This document shows positions 23,082 through 35,294 of a stretch of 64,000 nucleotides of DNA, in pieces. The stretch is from assembly GCA_044892505.1 (NCBI GenBank), contig CM097882.1, positions 461,528,001 to 461,592,000 on the forward strand, in the 5' to 3' direction. Source of the stretch: Schmidtea nova. Its lineage: Eukaryota. A program made the position numbers and the translations under genes. The notes under the pieces are model-generated. The model was not told the origin of the DNA, did no database searches, and was given only the letters and a program-made list of their open reading frames with translations. Positions within the stretch are counted from its first letter, which is position 1, and every line of letters begins with the position of its first letter.

Positions 23082-25130
23082 AGAAGTCGCAAGAGAAGAT
23101 GGAGCTCAAACATGTTAATAAAATGCAGCATCCAGCAACAACCCATTATATTTTTAATAAAAATTTTTGGTTGTTTATGTTTATTTATTCAGCCACGATA
23201 TTATGTATTTGAATAAATTACCATTTTATTTATTAGCTTAATAATACTGATGAAAAATAATAATAATATTAAATAATATTGATAATATCTTGAATATATA
23301 AATATTCTAGCATTTTATGAAATATTAATTTTAATCTAATGGCAGTAATACATATTATTATTGTCCCTTGTATTGGCTAGTGTCTGGCCGCTAAGTAATA
23401 ATTATATATCCCATTTTATGGGTTATGTATGTCGACGCTAAATTACATTTTACTCTACTAGGATGATAGTTCAGAATTTTTTTTAAAAGTCGAAACGTAG
23501 AAAAGGTTTTCACTTGATATGCAACATGTACTAATTTTCATTGTAAAAAATTATGCATCATTGTTATATTTTTTAATAATATTAAAAGCAAAAATACACT
23601 TTATTAACAAATCACGGGATAATGTTGAAAGAACTAGCAACAGCAAAATATTTGTTCGTATAGGAAATTTTAGAAATAAACCAAAATTAATGTTTATAAA
23701 TGTATTTTAAATAATAAAATGAAATATTAATGGATAATATGATTTTATTAATAAAATTCAAAAACGACAACGATAAACAGATAAAATAACAAATAAATGT
23801 ACAATTATATTTTTATGTTATTTCTATATATTCGAGTTTTCGAACATGGTCAACCAAATGGACTATTCAATATTAGTGATCATAATGAAGACTGTAACAG
23901 AAAGATTTGCATTTTATCAAAAAATCATATATAAATCATATTATAAACGCAATATATGTGAAGCGTCTGCTAATAAGAATGCGGTGACTCAAGCATTTTG
24001 AATGTTTTTAAATAATTTGTATGTTAGCATTGGTTTGTTGAAGTATTAATTAAATTTAATAATGAAAATGGTTTTGTATATATTAAATAAATTTTTTTAA
24101 ATATTTAAAAAAAATTATTAAAATTTGTAATTTTCTTAATAATTTTAAAATTAATTTTTGGATTGATTTTTAATAAATTAAAATTATTTTGAAAAAATAT
24201 TTAAAACTCTATCTAATTTTATTATTGAGTATTTACTCCTTGGTGTTCTTATAGGATTGATTCAAGAAAAACCCAACACAGTAAAATTTGTATGACAATC
24301 TTTAAACAACAACTATTTGACACAATTTTTGATAATAATAATAAGTCTCTTTACAAAATTTCAAAACTTTTACTCTCACTACTTTTCGAATTGAGCGTAG
24401 GAATAAGTCTCCCAAAGGAAGATCCCCCTTTCTTGTACGCTATAAAGAATTAATTTTATTCTAACTACTACTAATTCTCGACTTCTTGTCTTGCAAATAT
24501 TTAACTAACTTTTGTCTTCGACCACTCTGACAAACTTTGGAATTAGCCTCTCTTTTTTATACTGTTCACTTTGATGATTTTTTCTTATCTGATTAGCGTG
24601 CCTCTCAAGTTGACACTTCCTAATCTAATTCATTATAATAAAATTGTTAATTTATTTTCCATCAATTGGGTTTTTCGGGTTTCGTTCAAAATCAATTTTC
24701 CCTGGGATTTAACTGTCTCACTGATCCTTCGGACTTTCCACGCTACCCGGGTTCTCCATTGGCTCGAATTTTCCATTAGCTCGGGTTTCTCATTAGCCAA
24801 TTAACTAATTTCAACAATAATTAATTTATTAATTTTTTAATTTATTTCTTCTGTAGACCACCCATTAATATTATTTTACCATGTTTGAATTCGTCTTACT
24901 ATTCGGCATACACCCATATCAATTTCCCCCCGCTAAATCTATATCTTTAAATTTTCCAAATTTAAATTAATTTTCGTGATTTAATTATTAGTTTTTAAAA
25001 TTTTTATATTTTTTATTGATTTTTATCAAGTGTTTGTACCTTTTATTTTTGTATTTGAGCTTATTTTTTTTAACTTCAACAATATTTTATAATTGTTTTC
25101 AATAAATTTATTTTAACACAGTTTTTTTGG

Positions 25131-25171
25131 ATACCTGAAGATAGCAGAGAGTCTGTCGAAATATAAAGTAT
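25131..25171 (+). ncRNA. Decayed minimal hammerhead (PLE pLTR remnant)
   Basis: ATAC-CTGAAGA-T-AGCAGA(GAG)TCTGTC-GAAA-TATA-AA-GTAT: core and stem I present, cleavage-site U lost; followed by a (TAA)n tract. Confidence 0.55.
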
Positions 25172-25940
25172 AGATGTTATATAGGTGGCGTTTCTCAATA
25201 ATTAAATTTTTGTCATGTTTGTTTAAATAATAATAATAATAAATAATAATAATAATAATGGTGGTGATGGCGGCAGCGGCGGCGGCGACGGAATTAGAAA
25301 ATAATTTACATTTAATATTAATTTGTTTTAATTAATCAATTTAATGAGTAAAATGGGCAATAGACGAATGACTACTAATAGTTAACCGAATTAAAATCAT
25401 GCAGTAAGATAAAATTAATTTTTTATAAAACTATAGATCAAAAATATATTTTTTTAAATATACGAATTTTCGGCACAGCTTTAATCAAACAACTCCTAAA
25501 TTGTTTAATCATAATTAGTATATTATTTATCAAAAAAGTGATAGTCAAAGAAAATTCAAACAACCAAAATTAAAATATCATTCAATACGTAGAGCAAAAA
25601 ATGTTTAGTTCAATTTTGATAAAAACTGACATTTTGTCAATAAATCAAAATTATACGTAAAAATAGAAATTTTCAAATTACTCACTTCATTATTTCACTG
25701 TGTATTTTATTTAAGTTCTAACAATATGTTTTTTCAGCAAACTTGAACATAGTTTTTTTCGATGAACTTTTTGTGTAGATCACAATTTTCTACTGGGTTG
25801 AAAATTTTTGAAAAACCTTTTAAGGCTCTAAAGAATTACATACATCTATGCAATTTTTTTTCTGACAGAATACTTTAATAATTTAATTATGTAAACACTA
25901 CCCATTAAAAATTTTTAAGTTAATATTCCAATTAAAAAAA

Positions 25941-26144
25941 NNNNNNNNNNNNNNNNNNNNNNNNNNNNNNNNNNNNNNNNNNNNNNNNNNNNNNNNNNNN
26001 NNNNNNNNNNNNNNNNNNNNNNNNNNNNNNNNNNNNNNNNNNNNNNNNNNNNNNNNNNNNNNNNNNNNNNNNNNNNNNNNNNNNNNNNNNNNNNNNNNNN
26101 NNNNNNNNNNNNNNNNNNNNNNNNNNNNNNNNNNNNNNNNNNNN
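25941..26144. other. Assembly gap (204 N)
   Basis: Run of N. Confidence 1.
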
Positions 26145-26335
26145 TTTATCACAAACTTCTAAATTGTGAGTTCATTTCAATGCAAGGTATTAGCATGCAA
26201 AATTATAAAAAAATTATTGACAATACTAATAAAAGATTTAATTTTACGTCAGAACAATATAAAAAATCAGCAGCATAGCAGTCATACTTTAGATTCTTTT
26301 TTTATTATTTCTGCCTTTATGGAAACAACATAGAG

Positions 26336-27925
26336 TAGTGGTTCTCAACCTTGTTTTGATTATACCACCAAGTAAAAAAATAAATTTCGGCCTTCCCTAC
26401 CGAAAAAAACTGTTAGAAACGTAACTTGTTTTCTAAATATCTTGTTTATTTAGTAATCATTTATCTTTTTCCCTACAAATATATTAAATATTTTGTCTTG
26501 CGTACCCTTAAATATAATAGTACAGCACATTGTTTTCTTGGATTCTTCTTTTCTTCCATTTCCGGAATTAACTATGAAAAAGGTCTTAAGTCAAGCGCAA
26601 AGGATCTCGATGGAGGGCCTAGCCAACCTCCCCGAGAAAAAATTTGGCAAGTCCTAATTTTCAAGAATGTGTTCTATAATGCAAGATGCGTTAAAGTCCA
26701 CTATTATTGCACAAAATGAATGAATTCCATATACTCGTTCTTAGAAATAGCAAAATATTTTCTTATGTATTTTTCCTACGATGGTGAGCAATCAGATAAC
26801 TAGGTAAATGCTAGTCTACTTTAACAACACCTCTTCCAGCTTCATTATATTCTGTAATGATTTGTGGTGTTTCTTATAACTTTTTCATTTTTGAACCTCT
26901 GTAATTGTTGCCTTGTGATAAGAAGAATAAATTTTCCAATGTTTTACTTTTACTCCACAAAAGACTCTATTCGACTTTCTTAGAATACTTTGCAAAATCA
27001 TCATGGCCAAAAATATCTGAATACGCTTCTTGGTTTTAGATTTCCATTCAGAGATATAAACCGTGGTTGAAAGAGCAGATGTTGATGTTATAAATCATAA
27101 CGATTCGTTTCTGTTGTTAACAAATCAACAAGTTCGTGACCAAATTAGGCTTCAAAATATTCAAAATACTGACATGTGGACCAAAACCTGATTTATTACC
27201 GGATGTTCAACAAAAGAAACCTCTGTGGCAAACATATTCGAGAATTTACAATGATTCCACATCAAGTCGTGTTAGGAACAAAAGAAAATCATCTTTACTA
27301 TCTTCTTATACTTGTTTCTTCAATTTAGCGGGTGTCATTGTTTTTGATCCGCTGGCATGTTCAAGAATCTCTATGATCACCGTCAGAGTCAATTATGGAT
27401 AAAAAAAGAAAATCAAAAATGAACTCAGAAAAAAATACAACTAAAGAAAAGTTTTGATCTATAATCTTACAAAAAATAATGTGAAAATTATTGAATTAAA
27501 AAAAGAGATTAAAGGTGAAACCAAAAGATAATAAGGACATGTACAATAAACATTTTCTTAATGAAATTCTAGAGCAACGGTTATCAACCTTTTCCTGCTT
27601 GCGTACCCCTTGGCAGTTCATTATTCTAAATGTTTATAATCTATATACTAGCAGTTGTTATTATTTTAAACTTGTTCTAACACTAAATAAATAGCAAATA
27701 TGTGTCAAGGATTATGCCTAGAATATTTATTGATGAAAACTAAAAGATTTTTTATAGATACATAATATTTTAATAAAAAGCAACATAATAAAAATAAGCA
27801 ATTATAAATATAAAGTTCTGAAACTGGATCGAGACGAGAGGAGAATAGTATATTTTAACATCCACCATTACTAAATATTTTCGCGTGCGCCTAGAGTGTA
27901 CGCGTACCATGCTTGATATCTCATT
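26336..27925. mobile_element. Highly degenerate hAT Buster/Charlie remnants
   Basis: Charlie-like termini TAGTGGTTCTCAACCTT (26336), CAACGGTTATCAACCTTTTCCTGCTTGCGTACCCCT (about 27575) and GTACGCGTACCATGCTTGA (about 27900); decayed sequence between. Confidence 0.45.
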
Positions 27926-28349
27926 TTACGGTTTAGATATGTTCATAGAAAATTGACCACAACGCGAAATGCCAATTACGAAACAATTCAAACACTATTT
28001 CAGATGCTCTCCTTTTATTACGAATTATTCTTTTTGTTTTTGATCTATTTTGATGACCGTATATAGAACATTTTTGGGTTGAAAATAATCTGGGAGCCGT
28101 ATAACGAGGTATGAGTGTATTTATTGAATACCAAGTTCATGTAGAATAGAAGATAATAAAAGTACACACGAACACACACAGCTAACCAGTGCATGAGCCG
28201 CAGGCATATTTTCCTTTTCCTTCCTAAACGTTTATTATTTACTTACAATAATAAAAACAACCGGTACTCACGTAATTCTAATCTCGTTTGATTTCTAAAT
28301 TTTCTGTTTACCCCTTGTTGGAGTTATTGTTAGTTTTAACTTTCTCTAA

Positions 28350-28540
28350 CTTTTCAAATAATTGTTATCGTTTCCATATATAATCGTATTCTTTAACTTT
28401 CCAAATTATAGTTATCGTTACCCAAATAATTGTTTTCTTTCACTTGTTTTCTTTGGATTTTCAAATAATTGATATCGTTTCCAAATAATTGTTTTCTTTA
28501 AATGCCAAATTATAGTTATCGTTTCCACTATCGTTATTTC
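28350..28540. repeat. Degenerate minisatellite (CAAATAATTGTTATCGTTTC-like units)
   Basis: About six imperfect copies visible. Confidence 0.6.
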
Positions 28541-28868
28541 TGTAGTAAATAGTAATTTCTCGTATTTGAATTTTTTTTTCCTTTTTATCTTTAAAGTTTT
28601 ATTGCTATTTCAAATTGTCATAATTAATTGATAAATTCATTTTATTTAAATTTTAAATTTTTAATAATTATTATTATAACTTTCATTAGCATTGGCATTC
28701 AGACAAAAATAAAAAGGGGGGTTATCCGGTGTCCACAAGGACACCCTTATTAATAACAACCGCGACAAGGATCATGCTACTAATAATGATAATAATAAAA
28801 ATAAAAATATGTAGCATAGACAATAATACTACATCAACGACAACAATAATAAAAAATATACAACATTA

Positions 28869-28899
<31 letters not shown>

Positions 28900-29396
28900 G
28901 TAGGGCTGGTAGTGATTAAATTTCTTATGTTGGATAGATCGAGAAAATTATTGGTAATTTTCAAGTCCGTATCAACTTTGTCGCTTACAAGCTTGTTGAC
29001 TGACACGGCAAAAAATTCATTATTAATTTTACTTGAAAAGTCTTCTGCCAGTTCCTATCACCAATTTGTTGATACGTGAGTGGAGGTTAGTTCTGAAGGT
29101 GATATGTCAGCGATGTATTTGAACCATGTTTGTTGCTGTGAATGAAGTAAACTTTGTCACTATCGTCTACTTTGCCATCAACAGTTAGTTTTAAAATAAT
29201 ATACTTGTAATAAATAAAATTCATAAATGTTTAAATCCAACGTTGCTTTCATTACTCGTCAATGTTAGAATACAGGGGAGAAGGTTGAAATGAATAGAAC
29301 GGGTTGATGCGACAACAAGTCAGTAGCGACAGGTCGGTTGATGGCGAGGCAAAACTTGTGTAGCCATTAAAAAAAGGATAAGGCCGGGCGATTTGC

Positions 29397-29800
29397 ATGT
29401 GTAAAGCCCGTTTTGCTGGATATAATATTTCGAGGGCTGTGTTTCCATCTATTGTTGGCGAACCTCTCCATCGAGGTCTCATCGTCAATATGGGACAGAA
29501 ATAAATTAAGTCAGCGATGAAGCTCAATTTAAGAGAGACATTCTTACTTGGAAATACTCAATCGAATACGATATCGTTACCAATTGGGATGATATAGAAA
29601 AGATTTGACATTATTCGTTCCACAATGAATTGAGAGTAGTTCCCGAAGAACACACATTGTTGTTGACTGAAGCTCCAATCAATCGAAATGCCAACAGAGA
29701 AAAGATAACTCAAATCATGTTTGAAATTTTCAATGATTCAGCTATGTATGTGCAGTCTTGGTATGCTTCTGGAAGAATAGCTAGTATCACTTTGAATTTA
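29397..29800 (+). pseudogene. Actin pseudogene fragment (N-terminal part)
   Basis: [23 protein letters not shown]...[72 protein letters not shown]...YASGR, with stops and frameshifts. Confidence 0.92.
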
Positions 29801-29989
29801 GAAAAATGATGCAACGTTCAATTAGAGATAGTAAAAGACCCTATCAGAACCCAGAAGTTACCCATGCCAATTGGAAACTGGATCTACGTAATTTGTAAAC
29901 TTTTAATCCGAGAATTATATTGAAAAAAACCTGATAAAAATGTGTTAATTTTATATGGAAATATTTAAAACAAAAAACTGAAATTTAAT

Positions 29990-30240
29990 GATTTTACTCA
30001 ACAAACGCCTTTCTTGCTTTTTGCTCTGCAAATGAAGCCATTATTTCGGAAAGATCTAGTTTTCTGGCAAAATCACAGCTTTGTCCAATAGTTGAACGAT
30101 AATAAGTTTTCTTTTGTTTTAAAGCACTGAAAGTTTGTTCTCCCGAGGCCATTGATGTTGGCAAACTGTTGAAGATAAGTAGGGAAATTGTGATATTAGG
30201 ATCACACAGCAGTTAGACCGAATTTTAATGTTTGTTTCAA
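29990..30240 (-). mobile_element. hAT C-terminal dimerisation-domain remnant
   Basis: PNITISLLIFNSLPTSMASGEQTFSALKQKKTYYRSTIGQ...FAEQKARKA. Confidence 0.7.
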
Positions 30241-30671
30241 CAATAATATTGGTAAATGAAAATTAGCGATTTGCCATTATTGTCAATCTTACAATTTCTT
30301 ACTAATTTAATATCACAACAAAGATTAATAACCATACCTTACGTCACGTAGATTACAATTTACAGAGGTTAATTTTATGTACTCATTATTTTTTACGGAG
30401 GCCTCATTATTATTCGTTTCTAGTGGAAGTCCGGGCAAAATAGCCCAGCTGCCCTTCTCTCTGGTAGGGCAGGGTTGTAAATGTACAAAAATAACTTATT
30501 CATAGGATTTATGGTTACTTTTGGTGGGATTATACAATGTAAAGTTTGTGTAATTATTGTAAATTTTTACTCAGCAATTTGGCAAATAAATTAAAACTCC
30601 TATCTAAAACCAGAAATGTGGAAACCATTATCATAAAACTCGAATTATTTTAATGTACATTATCATGGAAA

Positions 30672-30753
30672 AATGTCTGTTTTTCAATTGGTACATTAGT
30701 CCTATAATTTTATATTACACACATATACTTATACTTATACTTATACATATACT

Positions 30754-30819
<66 letters not shown>

Positions 30820-30901
30820 AATGTCTGTTTTTCAATTGGTACATTAGTCCTATAATTTTATATTACACACATATACTTATACTTATACTTATACATATAC
30901 T

Positions 30902-30979
<78 letters not shown>

Positions 30980-31017
30980 AATGTCTGTTTTTCAATTGGT
31001 ACATTAGTCCTATAATT
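30672..31017. repeat. Tandem 150-160-bp units containing (ATATAC)n, running into a gap
   Basis: AAATGTCTGTTTTTCAATTGGTACATTAGTCCTATAATT recurs at about 30672, 30819 and 30979. Confidence 0.9.
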
Positions 31018-31230
31018 NNNNNNNNNNNNNNNNNNNNNNNNNNNNNNNNNNNNNNNNNNNNNNNNNNNNNNNNNNNNNNNNNNNNNNNNNNNNNNNNNNN
31101 NNNNNNNNNNNNNNNNNNNNNNNNNNNNNNNNNNNNNNNNNNNNNNNNNNNNNNNNNNNNNNNNNNNNNNNNNNNNNNNNNNNNNNNNNNNNNNNNNNNN
31201 NNNNNNNNNNNNNNNNNNNNNNNNNNNNNN
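31018..31230. other. Assembly gap (213 N)
   Basis: Run of N. Confidence 1.
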
Positions 31231-31950
31231 CTGGTCATATTTACCGGATTTTGAATTTGGCCACAATTTATATGGTTTTACATTTAAAAAATTAGAATAA
31301 TTACACCATAAACTCATAAGATTTCTGTAAATATAAAAAGCTATTAAATTAATTTATTAGTCATATTTTACGGTATCGACTGTTTATATATATATATATT
31401 CAAAAATTGTAAATAATAACTCATTCTTGTACTTTATCCTATATTCTTAGCAACTGCAACCATAATCCATCAAATCGGCTTGCTAATAAACTAAATCCAT
31501 TTATTTATCATGTTTCTTTTTTTAATTTTATTTGCACCAATAGAAATCATTTAGATGAATTAAAATGACATTTTATTGGTAAGTAATTCTTTATTTTCAA
31601 AAATCTATTAATAAATTTTGACTAAAAATAATTTAGAGAAAATAAAATAAAATAATTCTAACGTTGTTACTGTTTCAATTTTGTTTTATTGTGACATTTT
31701 ATTTTATTTTTTTTTCATTGAAAGATTGCATTACATAAGCCGAGCGTATACATCTGTGTACATGCCAAGTTTATTCAAGTATCATTACTGAGTAAGTATA
31801 CCACAAAAAGGCAGTGTGATAAAATGTGCACTTTAAAATGAAAGGTCAAACCGATTATTAATAAATTTTGTCCTTGTGTTTAAACAAAAATATTCAGAGC
31901 ATTATGAGTAAGAATAAGGGAATATTAATATTTTTCACATCAAAGAGGCT

Positions 31951-32133
31951 NNNNNNNNNNNNNNNNNNNNNNNNNNNNNNNNNNNNNNNNNNNNNNNNNN
32001 NNNNNNNNNNNNNNNNNNNNNNNNNNNNNNNNNNNNNNNNNNNNNNNNNNNNNNNNNNNNNNNNNNNNNNNNNNNNNNNNNNNNNNNNNNNNNNNNNNNN
32101 NNNNNNNNNNNNNNNNNNNNNNNNNNNNNNNNN
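31951..32133. other. Assembly gap (183 N)
   Basis: Run of N. Confidence 1.
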
Positions 32134-33414
32134 GCGCGCATTGAATATTTTTGATTAATGTTAACTAAAAAATACAAAATTAAAAAATCTATTTTCAAAA
32201 AACATTAGAATATTTGGGCATTGTTAACAAAATTTCAGTGGTAAAAATTTTTTAAAGAAAAGTTTTAGAATATTTTTTTTGCCAAACCGATGTAAACTAG
32301 ATCTTTTGGACATTTTGAGGGAGAACTTGAAAATTTTATTAAATTTTATGAGGATATTTGATTGTTTGGAACATATTTATTACATAATTGAATTAAAATT
32401 TTGTAATAGATAGATTGGATCATATTTTTTGATCATTTTATCCAAAATTATTTATCTGGTTGATGTATTCAATATTTTTTATTGTAAATTTAAAATGGCA
32501 GCCGGTATTATTTTTTATACAAATTTTTACTATTAGTAGTAAAGATTTAAAATTAAAAATGACCGATCCCTAAATAAAAATCAGAAAGTAAAAAAGTAAA
32601 AGATGCATAATGTGCAAACATTTAGGTCAGGAGCTTTGGGGCCTCCTACCTCTTTTATTAACGTGTTGCTCTCTGCAGGATTAGGAATAAAATAAATAAT
32701 TAAATGGCATAAAAGAACTAATAAAATTTTTTGGAAAAAATATGTGACTTATCATATTGAAAAGCAATAAAAACCTAAAACTGTACGAAAAAGTATATTT
32801 TCCTGCCTTTTATATGTAAATGCTTTAAAGATTTGACTAAAATCAGCATGCTAGGCTTAGTCATTTACAAAACTTCTAGTCTGCTGAGCGATCTTTCAGT
32901 TGAAGAAATAGTAACTGATACTAAAAAAACAGATTTCAGCAAATATGCCTTGCGCTGTTTTGTTATAAATAGCGTTCGGAAGTCTAATCGGCTTCTTTCA
33001 ATACTGAAAATTTCTTTGCGAGTGCCAAAAGATAGTTACTAACAGACTTTTATAAGTTATGAAATATTGTTTCAATCATTTGCTTGTGTTCAGTACTGAA
33101 AAGGTTGATCCTACAAATCAACTCTCCAAGAATAATAATATCAAAAATATCAAATATCTCGAGATAACTTTAAATCTTTTCAGGATACGGCGACAGTATT
33201 TCATTTTCTTACACTAATTGCGTCAAAGGATTAGAAATTTTCAACTTTCTTTACCTTTTTAACTTATTAAATGCTAAAAGTGTTTACCGCTATTCATAAA
33301 ATTCACGAGAAATGCTGGCAATGATCGTCATTAGCTCGTTGATATCGTTAAAAACTCTCGTTTTTATACTTAGTGTTAGCCAGTATGACGCAGTATGAAA
33401 TATTTAATATTTAA

Positions 33415-33421
<7 letters not shown>

Positions 33422-33476
<55 letters not shown>
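33422..33476. repeat. (TA)n microsatellite
   Basis: Uninterrupted TA run. Confidence 0.98.
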
Positions 33477-33479
<3 letters not shown>

Positions 33480-34693
33480 ATGATGGGTTTTGTGTATCAA
33501 ACTGTTTCATGCTAGAACTTGTCTATATTATTATCAAAATATAATCAAATGTTGACTTATCGAATTTTTTTTTCTTTCAAAAAACACGCCTGGAAAGGGT
33601 AACAATGGGTCACACAACTTGAATTCAGTCACTCCACTTTTTTTCTGAAAGTCTTTGAAGAGATAATGTTAGGCGTTTTGTCAGGACTTTCCAGCGTGCC
33701 TTACTCAAAGTGAATAAACAGTGGAAACTTTTTATATTTCCAAAATGTATAATAACATGTTTAATTTCGGCAGTTGCTATATAAATATGTTGTTAAATTG
33801 TACGACTCAGACAATATGGTTATAATTTTAATAATTATTATTAGTTAAATAAAAACTATAATTGAGACGATAGTAAAATAGTTCATTAGAAATCATGACT
33901 TAAAAAGTATAAGAAATTTACATAAATTATAATCCGTGCATGGGTTACTTGGCTCTGAATACATTTATGGATGCCAGCCATTTATTTTTTATACAGCAAA
34001 TAGAGAAATTTCTAAATTGGATCTACTATAAGCAAAAAATGTTTACCTCATAGTTTTTGAAGTACTTAATTTCCGTCTTCGGTGTTATCCTGTGATTGTA
34101 ACGGCATGTCAAGACTAAGTATGTGTGTATGCATCGAGCATTGGTCACAGTTTTCTCTTTAGAGTAGATTGAATTTAGAAATAGTGTATTAATTATAAAT
34201 AACTTAAGTACGGTATTAACCCAATATTTTATTATTTTAATTTCACTAATATTATATATTTATCTAAAAATTTTAATACTAATAAATCGGCTAGGCTTAC
34301 TAAAGACAAAATGTCATCAGTGTTGTGTATAAAAAACCTGAGACTTGTAGTCTAATGGCAATTTCTTAAATAAAATTTGAGTTCGTGGATTCGTTATAAA
34401 CTGAGTCGAATCAACGCGGCCACTTTGATCTGGTGACACTACAATCAAAGAGAAAATAAATACAAGCCGTTCCGGAAGTGATATTACGGTTATTTATTAA
34501 CAGTTATTATGATTTAATAACTTGGGTTACATGAAATAGTTCTGCCGCTCGATTTATCAACTATTATACACAATAAAATCAAAGTTCGGATAACGACTAT
34601 CATTTCGGCATCCCACGAAGGTAAACGAGTTTACAAATAAATATTCTAATTAAGTTTTCTTGTGCAAAAATTTTTATGAAAATAAATTTTTAC

Positions 34694-34838
34694 CAATTTT
34701 GGACATTCCAACTTTAATGCAACGGTGATATCGGCACCATTTACAAGGCATTTTATGGGAAGAATCAATGGCACAATTAAGCTTTCCACTCACACATTCC
34801 AATTTATCCTTCTGCGGCTCAGCTCGACGAAAGAAACC
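34694..34838 (-). CDS. Nuclear hormone receptor, exon encoding second zinc finger of a DNA-binding domain (5'-most exon found)
   Basis: GFFRRAEPQKDKLECVSGKLNCAIDSSHKMPCKWCRYHRCIKVGMSKI matches the NR C4 finger (FFRR...C..C...CxxCRxxxCxxxGM). Acceptor ttccag|GGT is phase 0; donor G|gtaaaa is phase 1. Confidence 0.93.
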
Positions 34839-35294
34839 CTGGAAAACAATAAAAATAATGTTTATTAACAAATCTAATTTATTAGTGCATTCATTAATTA
34901 ATAAGATCAAATTATTATCACTATTAACTTGTTACGACAATATCAGAAATATGTCTGTAATCTGTGTTTTATGTCTATGAATGAATGCTATGCTTAATGA
35001 TGCGTGAAATTTTACGGTCTCAATCAAAATTTAGATTGGTTGGTTGATTAAAATGTTAAATGATTTGGTTTTTTAATTTTTTATTAAAGCCACTCAAATT
35101 AAAAATATAATTGCAAATGTGATACACTATTTCCAAATAAAATATGTTAGAAACAGAAAATTGTGCACAGTTCCCTAATTCATTGACGCATAAACAAATT
35201 ATTTATATTAAGAACAGATTTCGACTAAATAAATATGCAAAACTTTTACAGTTAAGTTGCCTACAAGGCGATTAATTCGTTAAGCATTATCATA

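Noticed and set aside
22965-23200. Solo LTR (TGTT start, TATA-like and AATAAA motifs)
   Set aside because: No clear CA end or TSD; only the 45-bp duplication is supportable.
23452-23505. Further hammerhead-like remnant (GGATGAT...GTCGAAACGTAG)
   Set aside because: CUGA core absent and stems do not pair convincingly.
28262-28545. Extra receptor exon suggested by a minus-strand GTGAGT donor at about 28270
   Set aside because: Stops in the long candidate frames, and the flanking exons already join in phase through a conserved motif.
30653-30847. His-Ile repeat ORF
   Set aside because: Translation of the (ATATAC)n microsatellite.
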